A stretch of DNA of 64,000 nt from Macrostomum lignano. Lineage: Eukaryota. The DNA lies in assembly GCA_002269645.1 (NCBI GenBank), contig NIVC01000611.1:159124-223123 (forward strand), written 5' to 3'. Under the pieces are notes generated by a model. The model saw only the letters and a list, made by a program, of their open reading frames with translations, searched no databases and had not been told where the DNA came from. How positions within the stretch are numbered: position 1 is the first letter of the stretch; every line of letters begins with the position of its first letter. Positions 23,450-36,069 of this stretch are shown one piece after another. Made by a program: the position numbers and the translations under genes.

Positions 23450-26400
23450 CATTCACCTACTAATTAAGAGAGTCACCTTAAGATTAAGAAGAAAAGTCCT
23501 AATGGAAAAAATGATTTCTAGAGAATATTAGTCTTAGAACTAGAAAAAGTTGGAAGGGATTAAAACTTTTCATATTAGGCAAGATGAGGATGCAAACTTT
23601 TGCAGGGATCCCAGGATTTCTGTGTTATGGGAATGGGGTTGAAATTTTTCTGTACATGTAATATATTGAATAAGCAATATAGAGATGGAATAGAAGAAAA
23701 ATTCATGAAACTCATAAAACAAAACCTTAATGCCTATTGCAGACTCAAGTGAGAATACTATTTCAAATTAAATCTTTCACTTACATTAGTATCCTTTCTT
23801 AACTGTCACAGATTGAAAACATCATATTAGTGCCACCTGTGGAAGAGAATGTGTTGGCAAAACATTTAATAAACCTAGCCTAATATTCAAGAGCTAAACT
23901 TGAACTAAAAGTTTTTAAATAGTTTATAAGGACAAACAAAGAGCATATAATTTTAATTGACTATAGAGTTTTAAGACCAAAAGCCATGACTTTTGACTTG
24001 ATAAAAGTTGAATTTCATAACAAAGTAGACAACTTCTTGATTATAGGCTAAAATATATGTTTACAACTAGGGATTGACTGACTGTGAATTTTTTGTGCAC
24101 AATTGGAACTAGACCATGCATGAAACCATGTGCAACTGTGAATTTTTTATGACATACATTTTAATTTAAACACAACTACTAGTATTAATAAGTACTACCA
24201 AGTCTAGTAATTTTTTTTTGATTTTAAGCTTTGTTTTTATCATATTTATTGCTTAACTGTATATCATTACGTGGCTTTGTTACATCTGCGCTGATTTGTT
24301 GCAATTTTGGTTTGCTTTTCACAATTGTATATTTCAGTATGTTGTGCTATGACTTAAAAAAGTAAAGTTTAAGTCATAAAATTCATGAATTGTGATTGGT
24401 AAAAAACTGTCTGTGATTTTTTTTCCATGATCATGGTTGATCTAGTTCAAACTAATTATAGTTACTAAAAAGTTATAGCACTTATAGTCTTAAAAATGAT
24501 TGCTTTGTAGTACCTAGCTATGTTTGAAAAGAAAGTGCTTCTTCTCTTGATGATATATTATAGCAAACACTAATTTGTACCAAAAATTTCTTTTTTGATA
24601 GCTCTTTTATTTTCCCTAAAAACCCACAATGCTATGATAGGTCTTTTGCCTCTTACCTAAATAATTCTGAGAGCATAAGTATATAGTACAGCTTATACAC
24701 CTTTTGCAATGTCTAGCCACATCTCAGTGTATTATTGGCCTAAGCAGTTTACTATATATAAGTAGTACAAATGTATTACATTCATTTTTTGCTAGACTTA
24801 GGCATTATCTCCAATCTTATAGTCTTATTTTCTGTCTTAGGGATCAGGAATACATACAAGAGTACATATAGTAGGAGTATATGCTAACAGCAAGTGCTAT
24901 GACCCATGACCCTCTAATCTTAGTAATGCCCAGATTAGAGAAGTAGTAAATATTAGGCTACTAAGAATGCTAAGACCACTATAATAAGACCACTTAGACT
25001 ACTAAGAATGCTACTAGAATGCTACCAGAACACTACTAGAATGCTACTTAGACTCATACAAAGAAAGGATCGAATATAGCAGTGGGATTATTAAAAGAGA
25101 AGTTTAACACTAGTACAACTTTGGTAGCATTAAGGAGATTAAATTAAAGGCCTGCAGCTTTGAAAGACAGGGGAAAAATTTATAGTATTTTAAAATGTGC
25201 AAACTTTTTATCTGCTGCCTTTTTTGTTTGCCAGCTAATAAAATGATTTTAAAAAGAAAATAAAATTTAGATACTATAGCTTATAAAGCTAACCTTTTAT
25301 AATGAGATATTACAAGTCATTCAAAAGGAGTTATAATCAGATGTCATTTTTTATAAATGTAATTTTGTTTATTGCAATATTTTAAAGAAATTTAATATAA
25401 AATTTAAATATCCATTAAGAAAAAAAGAGTTATAAGTTGCAGTTGAATACAATTCATATTCACTAGATTTTCTGAGCATTGTTATTAGGCCTAGGCCTAG
25501 CCCTATCCAATGATGATAGGCCTAATGCATTTGCTATCCCTATTGTAAAGTTAATTCATTTTAAACAAAAAATTAATATATATGCATAGGCAACATTACA
25601 TAGCCTAGGCCTATATTATAGATCAAAATTTGTGTCACTTAGGAAAAATCATTATTTTTATTTTTAGATATATATGCTTGTGCTTCTAATGTAATGAGTT
25701 CATTATCTTTACTATAAGTATAAACTTTTTAAGATATATAGATATTTGTTTTCAATAATATACTAGTGTCATACTTAGTCTTAATATTCTGTGGTAGAAA
25801 ATGAATATAGGCCTATCAATATCATATTTTTGCATATGAAAGAATAGCAGACAAACTAGCAGTAAACAAAATGACTGTCAATCTTTAAAAAAACCTTTTT
25901 TATGAAACCCTTACTTAAATATTAAAAGTATTCATAATATAAAACTTTACTTTTTCTTCTATTTCAATTTTTAATTTGCCTTGCTACTATCGTTTGATCT
26001 ACACATCTATGCAACTTAAGAATCATGAGATTAATTGGTTATGGCGAAGTTGGCTGGCTATTTCAGTTGTAATTTAAATAAGTTTCTAATAAAACATTGT
26101 GAATTTGATTGATGATTTGAAAATATGTAATATTTATTATTTACTTAGGCCTACTCCCCACCTAGACTGAATTAGGCCTAATAACGACACTTGCTCACAC
26201 AAGTTTTCTCTCGCACAAGTTAAATAAGAGCTAGGGGGCCTAGACTTGATACAGCAAAAACACAAACAGAAACACATGCTTTTGCCATCTCATTAATTGA
26301 AATCCGCATTTCGATTTTACCTGCCTGCTTTTCAGCTGGTGTTAATCATATCTTTAAATAGGCCTAAACCTTTGTCGCATCATTTTTGTGTTGGAAATGC

Positions 26401-27740
26401 TTCTAGGTAGGAAATAGGAATTAGTTATGACCTAGCTGCGTCCTGCACTGTCGCGACAAGTTATTTACAATAATTACCGATTTAAACTGACTTCGTACAT
26501 GATGCTCAATATTATAACACAAATGGTACACTAATTAACACAAAACGCATTAAACTTTGCCGTTTAATGCGTTTTTGTGTTACGACCGCATCACCTATGT
26601 TTTCCATAAACATCGGCAATATAACATAAAAAACTCCCGATGTCTATCGAGCCGTAAAATGTTACCGTGTTATAGAATACGGGTAGAATTCCGTTTTCTA
26701 TGAAAGAATTTAAAATGCGCGCAGCCAGCCGTGCCCCACTCGTGAGGCCATTCTATCCTTGGAAAACACGGCCTTGCAGCCCAGTAATGAATGCAGCGGT
26801 GTAGCGCTGCATGTATTTCTGGCTTTATTTTACGTTGTATTTAATACATTTGCGCACGTATGCACCAGCCGGTTTTATAAGCCACAGGTGATATTGGTAA
26901 ACAAGTGTACAATTCAAATTGCATTTTAGCTAGCTAAATTAAAATAAGCCTGCCTATACATAAAATTTTACCACTTGCCAATTAGTTAGGCTTACACTTT
27001 ACAGATTTATTTATTGCTCTTTAGACTTTGGAATCATTTAAAATTTACATAACTATCCAATTTTTTGTTTAGCCTAGGCAAAATGCATATTTAATAAGCT
27101 TTCTAGGCTTCTAAAATCTAATAGCAATAGATAAAAACTACCTACCTAGCTATGTTTTAACCTAATAGTAATACAAAGCCTTCTATTTCAAATCATTGAT
27201 TATTTTCTACTATCAACTAGTAGGTCTAAGTCTAAAATATCTTCTTTTCTTTTGTGTTATAAAGCCTTTATGCTATATTAGAATATGTTTTTTTAATGAT
27301 AATAAGAATCTTTTTTTCTTTGGATCTAAAATTCATTTGGTTCTTCTTTAATTTAAGTAGCTTAGGCCTATCTATTTATAAGACCTAAGCCTAGCCTATG
27401 TTTATAATGTTTTATATTAAAATGTTTTAATAATATTGTTTTATGGGAATCAAAAGTAGGAATATAACTATATAAGATAAAGCATGCCTAGAATAAAAAT
27501 CTTTTTGAAATAATTAGCCATAGTCTAATCAACTATAGACTAACTAATAACTATTCATTGCCACTATATAAAGTCATGATATCCTTCTAGTTGTGACCTT
27601 TTTTCCCTCTAATGCTAGACCTTACCTTTTTCTTTCTAGCCCATATTCTCTTCTTTAGAGCCTCACCTTCTTTTCCCTTCAGTATTACCTTCCTCTCCAG
27701 TCCCACAATGTTTTCCCATTAAATTCTTACCCTTTTTTCA
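23450..27740. other. AT-rich, strongly CpG-depleted, TpA-enriched degenerate block, interrupted by a CpG-retaining island at ~26000-26900
   Basis: No ORFs. Dense TAG/CTA/TAA. Hand count for 24841-25020: 0 CpG, 29 TpA, 19 ApT. Confidence 0.7.
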
Positions 27741-28420
27741 TAATCTCACCCTTGTACCCTCTAGCCCCACCTTCCTAGCCTTTAGTTCCACTATCCTACC
27801 CTCCAGCCCCACCCTCCTTCCCTCTAGCCCCACCCTCCCCTCCAGCTTCCACCCTCTTCTCTCCTCTAGACCCATCCCTTCTTTCCAGCCCCACCCCTTC
27901 CCTCTAGCCCCACCCCTTCCCTCTAGCCCCACCCTTCCCTCCAGCCCCACCCCTTTCCTCTGGCCCTAACCCTCCCCTCTAGCTTCCACCCTCTTCTCCC
28001 CTCCAGCCTAACCCTCCTACCCTCTAGCCCTACCCTCCTTCCCTCCAGCCCCACCCTCCTACCCTCCAGCCCTGCCCTCCCTTCCAGCTTCCACCCTCTT
28101 CTCCCCTCCAGCCTCACCCTCCTCCCCTCCAGCCTCACCCTCCTTCCCTCCAGCCTCACCCTCCTACCCTCTAGCCCCACCTTCCTAGCCTCTAGTTCCA
28201 CTATCCTACCTTCCAGCCCCACCCTCCTTCCCTCTAGCCCCACCCTCCCCTCCAGCTTCCACCCTCTTCTCCCCTCCAGCCCAACCCTCCTACCCTCTAG
28301 CCCCACCCTCCTTCCCTCCAGCCCCACCCTCCTACCCTCTAGCCCTACCCTCCTTCCCTGCAGCCTCACCCTCTTCTCTCCGCTAGCCTCATCCTCCTCT
28401 CTAGCCCTCACCCTTTCTCC
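27740..28420. repeat. Purine/pyrimidine-biased ~21-bp minisatellite (CCCTCCAGCCCCACCCTCCTA-type), left-arm copy
   Basis: Directly visible; the source of the GRRVGLE ORFs. Confidence 0.9.
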
Positions 28421-28868
28421 TCTCTAACATCACCTTTTCTCCTCCAACCTCGTCCTCCTACCCTCTAGCCTCTACTCTCTTCTTTCCTTCAATACCCCCT
28501 CGTCCCCTCTAGCCCTACTATGTCCTCCAGTTGAATCCTCACCCTTTTCTCCCCAAAAACCTACCCTCTCAGTCTCCTTTCTTCCAGCCCCTATCCTTCT
28601 CTCCAGGACCTACCCTTGTTCTCTTTCAGCCTCGCTCTCATGTCCCCTCCAGCCCCACCCCCTTCTTCCCCCAGCCCCACTCTCTCCTCTTCAGCCCCAT
28701 CCTCTCCTCCCCTCCAGCCTCACCCTCTCCTACCCCAGCCTCAACCTCTTCGCCCCTCCAGCCCCACCCTATTTTCCTATTCAGCCTCACCCTTTCTCGT
28801 AGCTCTGCTAATAAAATTTAATTATCCTTTTCAGAAGTGAAAAATAATATTTCTATTTTCTCTCTTCA

Positions 28869-29743
28869 GAATGTCCTCGCACCGGTCTTGAGGTCATACC
28901 ACGTGCCGGAGCGACTGGTCGCAGCAACCATAACTCTCTTCTAGGAGACCCTGGCCGCCGTGGTGACACCTGACGGACTATCCGACCTGTTCAACACGAC
29001 CTCAGGGATGCTGCAAGGCGACACGCTTGCGTCCAACCGTTTCGTGTTGGTGCTCGATGGGGTGCTACGTAGGGCCCTGCCAACAGATGAGGACAGCTTC
29101 CTACTGTGCCGGCAAACAAGCTGCCGCCAATCGGAAAAGCGGCTGTCACTCATGGGTTACGCCGACGACCTGGCGCTGCCCGCCTCTACGGCTGAGGGAG
29201 CTCAGCGCATGCTAGACAGCCTGGTTGGTGGCAGCTGCGGCATCGGTCGGGCTAGCGGTGAACATCGAGAAGACGGAGGTGATGACTGTACCTGCGGAGC
29301 TGCCTATCAAAATCATCTGCTGGGACACCATGGGACACCAGTCATGCAGCAGTTCTACCTCGCTGCGCGTGCTTCACGTACCCCGGCGATCTTGTGCCCA
29401 GTGTCCAGGAGGACTTGGCGCGACGCAGGGGCCTGGCCTGGGCGGCCTTCCGCTCCATCCGAGTCGTCCTGCAGAACGCCGCGCTGCCAGACTGCTGCGA
29501 TCACCTAGCGAGACCCTCCGCAGGCGAAGACATCAGCTGGCGGGCCACACCATCCACGCGGAGGCCTACTGTTCTCAACCAGTGCAAGACGTCCTGCTGC
29601 TCACGATGCAGGGCCCCTGGCACCGGGGCTACGGCCGGGCGAGTCGCGTCGCGGATTGCCTGTTGGATGGCGCTAAGGTGATTGGCCAGGCGCACGCTGT
29701 TGCCGCCTTTAGAGAGCTCGCACTGAGAGAACTGATCTGACAC
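28869..29743 (+). mobile_element. 5'-truncated RTE-group non-LTR retrotransposon fragment (RT C-half), left-arm copy
   Basis: AVVTPDG…GMLQGDTLA…FVLVLD…MGYADDLAL…GLAVNIEKTEVM…RRGLAWAAF…LAGH motifs across frameshifts; in-frame TAG at 28942-28944. Confidence 0.85.
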
Positions 29744-30309
29744 CGCCTCCCATTGTGAACTGTTACTTTTAACTCAACAATACTGGGTGTGTCTTGTTGT
29801 TATTTTCTTTCCAAAATTATTTGCCTAGCTGCGAACTGTGATGGTGCATATTGCGTACTCGCGATTCAATAGCTTATACTTATTACTGTTTTACTTATTG
29901 TCTTCCGGTGTCAATGCTATTTATTGCGTGTAATATTATCGCAAAATTCAAGTTCGGGTGTCATTATTTAGCTACTGCCGCTGTTCTGCATTACAATTAT
30001 TATAGTACTTCGTATCTACTGACGTAACATTGTGCCAAAAATTTTACATTGCATGGCGCCAAAACCAATCTTGTTGAATGCTACTAGCGTAATAGCCGTT
30101 TGAATCGCTTGAAATACATTGTAATGCCTTGCTGTATTGCTTTTGACGATCTAAACGACACTGGCTAGACTTCACTGATCCATATGCTCCTCAAGCAAGG
30201 TATATGGAAAGCAGATTGAGCAGCAAACTTAGTGTTTGATTGATAGAGACATTGTATAGTTGGATCTTTGGATCACGGATAGAACCAAGGAATCTAGATC
30301 TGGAGGCAT

Positions 30310-31258
30310 GCGGGGGGAGCGGCGGAAAGCAGCGGAGCTGTTGGGGGAGCGGCGGAAAGCAGCGGAGCTGTTAGGGGGAGCGGCGGAAAGCAGCGGAGCT
30401 GTTGGGGGAGCGGCGGAAAGCAGCGGAGCTGTTGGGGGAGCGGCGGAAAGCAGCGGAGCTGTTGGGGGAGCGGCGGAAAGCAGCAGAGCTGTTGGGGGAG
30501 CGGCGGAAAGCAGCGGAGCTGTTGGGGGGAGCGGCGGAAAGCAGCAGAGCTGTTGGGGGAAGCGGCGGAAAGCAGCGGAGCTGTTGGGGGAAGCGGCGGA
30601 AAGCAACGGAGCTGTTGGTGGAAGCGGCGGAAAGCAGCGGAGCTGTTGGGGGGAGCGGCGGAAAGCAGCGGAGCTGTTGGGGGGAGCGGCGGAAAGCAAC
30701 GGAGCTGTTGGTGTAAGCGGCGGAAAGCAGCGGAGCTGTTGGGGGGAGCGGCGGAAAGCAACGGACCTGTTGGTGTAAGCGGCGGAAAGCAGCAGAGCTG
30801 TTGGGGGAAGCGGCGGAAAGCAGCGGAGCTGTTGGTGGAAGCGGCGGAAAGCAGCGGAGCTGTTGGGGGAAGTGGCGGAAAGCAACGGAGCTGTTGGGGG
30901 AAGTGGCGGAAAGCAACGGAGCTGTTGGGGGGAGCGGCGGAAAGCAGCGGAGCTGTTGGGGGGAGCGGCGGAAAGCAGCGGAGCTGTTGGGGGGAGCGGC
31001 GGAATACAGCGGAGCTGCTGGGGGAGCGGCGGAAAGCAACGGAGCTGTTGGGGGGAGCGGCGGAAAGCAGCGGAGCTGTTGGGGGAGCGGCGGAATACAG
31101 CGGAGCTGTTGGGGGGAGCGGCGGAAAGCAACGGAGCTGTTGGGGGGAGCGGCGGAAAGCAGCGGAGCTGTTGGGGGGAGCGGCGGAAAGCTGCTGGGGG
31201 GAGCGGCGGAAAGCAACGGAGCTGTTGGGGGGAGCGGCGGAAAGCAGCGGAGCTGTTG
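30310..31258. repeat. GC-rich 30/31-bp minisatellite (GGGGGAGCGGCGGAAAGCAGCGGAGCTGTT), left-arm copy, about 950 bp
   Basis: Directly visible. Confidence 0.95.
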
Positions 31259-32249
31259 GTTTGATAACAGCTGACAGGCTTATTTGCATAGAGCGATGCT
31301 ATGAGAATGAATTCAGTCAGTCAGTTTAAGGCAGAAAGCTGGAAGCTCTCTGCCTCTGCCTACCCTTCAACTGAATCGAGTGAACTCGCAGTGCCTGAAG
31401 TGCCCGAAGTTGGTTCTACATGTACGTATATATACTGTTTTGGCAAACTGGATTACAAAAAGGTACGGCTCATATATTACAGTATGGCTCAGCGCATAAG
31501 GCTCAGCCTCCGATCATTTACTAATTATTTAATGTCGCGAAAGGGGACTCTCAGTCCCCAACATCCTGCATGGTATTTAGGGGGCCTTGGGGCCTTCGAC
31601 AAGTGACTGCCGCAATTTGACTGGGGACTATGAACTCTAAACATTGGCACCTCAAGATTAGAGCGGCGGCACTCGAACCAAAATAATGTTGAAGGACTAC
31701 AAAATACATGTATATCATAGAATAGAGAGAAGCTAGTTCATTTAGACATTTTTTATTCTCAATCCCCAATTTTCATTTTCATTTTTTTTTCTAAACCTCA
31801 ATCCCCGATTGTTAATTCCCTTATATCCCTGATTCCTAATGTTGAAATCCGAGTCCAGCTGGTTGATATCCCTCAGAGGGGAATGATGAGGGGAGGCTTC
31901 TGAGGACCGAGTTGCTGCTTTAGCTATATACGCTCGTACATCTTTAGAAATATGATCCTGTTTTAGGAGTAGAGTAGAAATATGTGAGAGCAGAGTGGAG
32001 ACAGAAAATAGTAGGGGAAGTTTAGGGGATATAGGGCATTGGCAACTTCCAACTTTTACGAGAAACTTGTGTAAGACTGGTCGGGTCAGGTATCATATTC
32101 TTAAGTTGAATATGACGTAAGTTGGAACTGGGGCACCTTTTACGAAATGTTTGAAAGCTGCCATGCAGCTACATGTATACGAGATCATAGAACAGAGAGA
32201 ATTGCTAGCTCATTTAGCCCAACCTCAAGAGCCAGAATTCCGAGTGGCA

Positions 32250-32857
32250 GTCGAAAAATTCTGCCCAGCCACTGAAACCATCAGTTCTGCGGCGCGCCAA
32301 GGGAGCCGACAAAATGATGATCATCGCATGCTACGACACTTTGGCATTATTCTCATCCACCGCATTTCTGAGGGCCAAAACATCAACCAAAAGTTTTATC
32401 GGAGCTTCATAACCCACCATCTTCGGCCTGCCTTGCGCAAAAAGCGGCCACACAGACCCTGGAACTTGGTCCACTCCTTCCGCACGACAATGCCAGTTCG
32501 CACACAGCCCGCATTGTGCAGGACCTACTGCGGGACTATCAGTGGCATGGGAGGTGCTGCCTCATCCTACTTACTCCCCAGACCTCAGTCCCTGCGATTT
32601 CAGCCTTTCCCAAAGCTTAAGAACCAGCTTCAAGGGTATTTAAGGGAACCAGCATCCAGGCAGCGAGATCGGCCGCATTGCAAAAGACCTGTGCGAATCT
32701 GGCGCTGCTGACGGCGTCCACAAGTTGCCTGGCTGCTGGTAGCGCACGATTCAAACCAACGGAAGTTATTTTGAAGGTTTTTGAGCTGTTCACTGTTCTG
32801 ACACTCGTTTGCTGAAAATTAATAAGTGTTTAATGAAACTTTTGAGATGACCCTCGG
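32250..32857 (+). mobile_element. Mariner-family transposase remnant with a 3' TIR, in the palindrome spacer
   Basis: KMMIIACYD…GIILIHRISEGQNINQKFY…HLRPALRKKRP, HDNASSHTA and HPTYSPDLSPCD motifs across frameshifts. It ends in …GAGATGACCCTCG, i.e. a CGAGGG-type mariner TIR on the reverse strand. Confidence 0.85.
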
Positions 32858-33469
32858 TATAGATGGAAGAATATCTTTAATGCCCTCAAGCCTGCTATAT
32901 GTACACTGTACATTCAGAAGTTACGTGCTCTTTTAGCATGGTATTAGATACTCTACATGTATAACATTAAATACATTGAGTGTAAGATGCGTTACATGTA
33001 CGTAGCTATATATACAGCATGTATTCTGTAGTCCTTCAACATTATTTTGGTTCGAGTGCCGCCGCTCTAATCTTGAGGTGCCAATGTTTAGAGTTCATAG
33101 TCCCCAGTCAAATTGCGGCAGTCACTTGTCGAAGGCCCCAAGGCCCCCTAAATACCATGCAGGATGTTGGGGACTGAGAGTCCCCTTTCGCGACATTAAA
33201 TAATTAGTAAATGATCGGAGGCTGAGCCTTATGCGCTGAGCCATACTGTAATATATGAGCCGTACCTTTTTGTAATCCAGTTTGCCAAAACAGTATATTT
33301 ACGTACATGTAGAACCAACTTCGGGCACTTCAGGCACTGCGAGTTCACTCGATTCAGTTGAAGGGTAGGCAGAGGCAGAGAGCTTCCAGCTTTCTGCCTT
33401 AAACTGACTGACTGAATTCATTCTCATAGCATCGCTCTATGCAAATAAGCCTGTCAGCTGTTATCAAAC

Positions 33470-34178
33470 CAACAGCTCCGCTGCTTTCCGCCGCTCCCCC
33501 CAACAGCTCCGTTGCTTTCCGCCGCTCCCCCCAACAGCTCCGTTGCTTTCCGCCGCTCCCCCCAACAGCTCCGCTGCTTTCCGCCGCTCCCCCCAACAGC
33601 TCCGTTGCTTTCCGCCGCTCCCCCAACAGCTCCGTTGCTTTCCGCCGCTCCCCCAACAGCTCCGTTGCTTTCCGCCGCTCCCCCAACAGCTCCGTTGCTT
33701 TCCGCCGCTCCCCCAACAGCTCCGCTGCTTTCCGCCGCTCCCCCCAACAGCTCCGCTGCTTTCCGCCGCTCCCCCCAACAGCTCCGTTGCTTTCCGCCGC
33801 TCCCCCCAACAGCTCCGTTGCTTTCCGCCGCTCCCCCCAACAGCTCCGCTGTATTCCGCCGCTCCCCCCAACAGCTCCGCTGCTTTCCGCCGCTCCCCCC
33901 AACAGCTCCGCTGCTTTCCGCCGCTTCCACCAACAGCTCCGTTGCTTTCCGCCGCTTCCCCCAACAGCTCCGCTGCTTTCCGCCGCTTCCCCCAACAGCT
34001 CTGCTGCTTTCCGCCGCTCCCCCCAACAGCTCCGCTGCTTTCCGCCGCTCCCCCCAACAGCTCCGCTGCTTTCCACCGCTCCCCCAACAGCTCCGCTGCT
34101 TTCCGCCGCTCCCCCAACAGCTCCGCTGCTTTCCGCCGCTCCCCCCAACAGCTCCGCTGCTTTCCGCCGCTCCCCCCG
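33470..34178. repeat. 30/31-bp GC-rich minisatellite, right-arm copy (about 710 bp)
   Basis: Reverse complement of the 30310-31258 array but shorter. Confidence 0.95.
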
Positions 34179-34745
34179 CATGCCTCCAGATCTAGATTCC
34201 TTGGTTCTATCCGTGATCCAAAGATCCAACTATACAATGTCTCTATCAATCAAACACTAAGTTTGCTGCTCAATCTGCTTTCCATATACCTTGCTTGAGG
34301 AGCATATGGATCAGTGAAGTCTAGCCAGTGTCGTTTAGATCGTCAAAAGCAATACAGCAAGGCATTACAATGTATTTCAAGCGATTCAAACGGCTATTAC
34401 GCTAGTAGCATTCAACAAGATTGGTTTTGGCGCCATGCAATGTAAAATTTTTGGCACAATGTTACGTCAGTAGATACGAAGTACTATAATAATTGTAATG
34501 CAGAACAGCGGCAGTAGCTAAATAATGACACCCGAACTTGAATTTTGCGATAATATTACACGCAATAAATAGCATTGACACCGGAAGGCAATAAGTAAAA
34601 CAGTAATAAGTATAAGCTATTGAATCGCGAGTACGCAATATGCACCATCACAGTTCGCAGCTAGGCAAATAATTTTGGAAAGAAAATAACAACAAGACAC
34701 ACCCAGTATTGTTGAGTTAAAAGTAACAGTTCACAATGGGAGGCG

Positions 34746-35620
34746 GTGTCAGATCAGTTCTCTCAGTGCGAGCTCTCTAAAGGCGGCAACAGCGTGCGCC
34801 TGGCCAATCACCTTAGCGCCATCCAACAGGCAATCCGCGACGCGACTCGCCCGGCCGTAGCCCCGGTGCCAGGGGCCCTGCATCGTGAGCAGCAGGACGT
34901 CTTGCACTGGTTGAGAACAGTAGGCCTCCGCGTGGATGGTGTGGCCCGCCAGCTGATGTCTTCGCCTGCGGAGGGTCTCGCTAGGTGATCGCAGCAGTCT
35001 GGCAGCGCGGCGTTCTGCAGGACGACTCGGATGGAGCGGAAGGCCGCCCAGGCCAGGCCCCTGCGTCGCGCCAAGTCCTCCTGGACACTGGGCACAAGAT
35101 CGCCGGGGTACGTGAAGCACGCGCAGCGAGGTAGAACTGCTGCATGACTGGTGTCCCATGGTGTCCCAGCAGATGATTTTGATAGGCAGCTCCGCAGGTA
35201 CAGTCATCACCTCCGTCTTCTCGATGTTCACCGCTAGCCCGACCGATGCCGCAGCTGCCACCAACCAGGCTGTCTAGCATGCGCTGAGCTCCCTCAGCCG
35301 TAGAGGCGGGCAGCGCCAGGTCGTCGGCGTAACCCATGAGTGACAGCCGCTTTTCCGATTGGCGGCAGCTTGTTTGCCGGCACAGTAGGAAGCTGTCCTC
35401 ATCTGTTGGCAGGGCCCTACGTAGCACCCCATCGAGCACCAACACGAAACGGTTGGACGCAAGCGTGTCGCCTTGCAGCATCCCTGAGGTCGTGTTGAAC
35501 AGGTCGGATAGTCCGTCAGGTGTCACCACGGCGGCCAGGGTCTCCTAGAAGAGAGTTATGGTTGCTGCGACCAGTCGCTCCGGCACGTGGTATGACCTCA
35601 AGACCGGTGCGAGGACATTC
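34746..35620 (-). mobile_element. RTE-group RT fragment, right-arm copy
   Basis: ORF translations identical to those of 28869-29743, on the opposite strand. Confidence 0.85.
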
Positions 35621-36069
35621 TGAAGAGAGAAAATAGAAATATTATTTTTCACTTCTGAAAAGGATAATTAAATTTTATTAGCAGAGCTACGAGAAAGGGT
35701 GAGGCTGAATAGGAAAATAGGGTGGGGCTGGAGGGGCGAAGAGGTTGAGGCTGGGGTAGGAGAGGGTGAGGCTGGAGGGGAGGAGAGGATGGGGCTGAAG
35801 AGGAGAGAGTGGGGCTGGGGGAAGAAGGGGGTGGGGCTGGAGGGGACATGAGAGCGAGGCTGAAAGAGAACAAGGGTAGGTCCTGGAGAGAAGGATAGGG
35901 GCTGGAAGAAAGGAGACTGAGAGGGTAGGTTTTTGGGGAGAAAAGGGTGAGGATTCAACTGGAGGACATAGTAGGGCTAGAGGGGACGAGGGGGTATTGA
36001 AGGAAAGAAGAGAGTAGAGGCTAGAGGGTAGGAGGACGAGGTTGGAGGAGAAAAGGTGATGTTAGAGAG

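Larger units (their letters stand above)
26724..31710 (+). repeat. Left arm of a large inverted duplication (about 5.0 kb)
   Basis: Reverse complement of 33018-38334. Mirror-image ORFs are visible in the ORF track (e.g. 28960-29508 vs 34981-35529). Confidence 0.97.

Noticed and set aside
32165-32222. Short diverged direct repeat of 31703-31748 with an extra ACGAG, as a mariner excision footprint
   Set aside because: It does not match the expected TA-(2-3 nt)-TA footprint exactly; too short to support.
30229-34298. Pro/Ala-rich ORFs (TAPLLSAAPP, GGSGGKQRSCW) in both palindrome arms
   Set aside because: Open in nearly all frames because the 30-mer lacks stops; copy number differs between arms; no splice or domain support.
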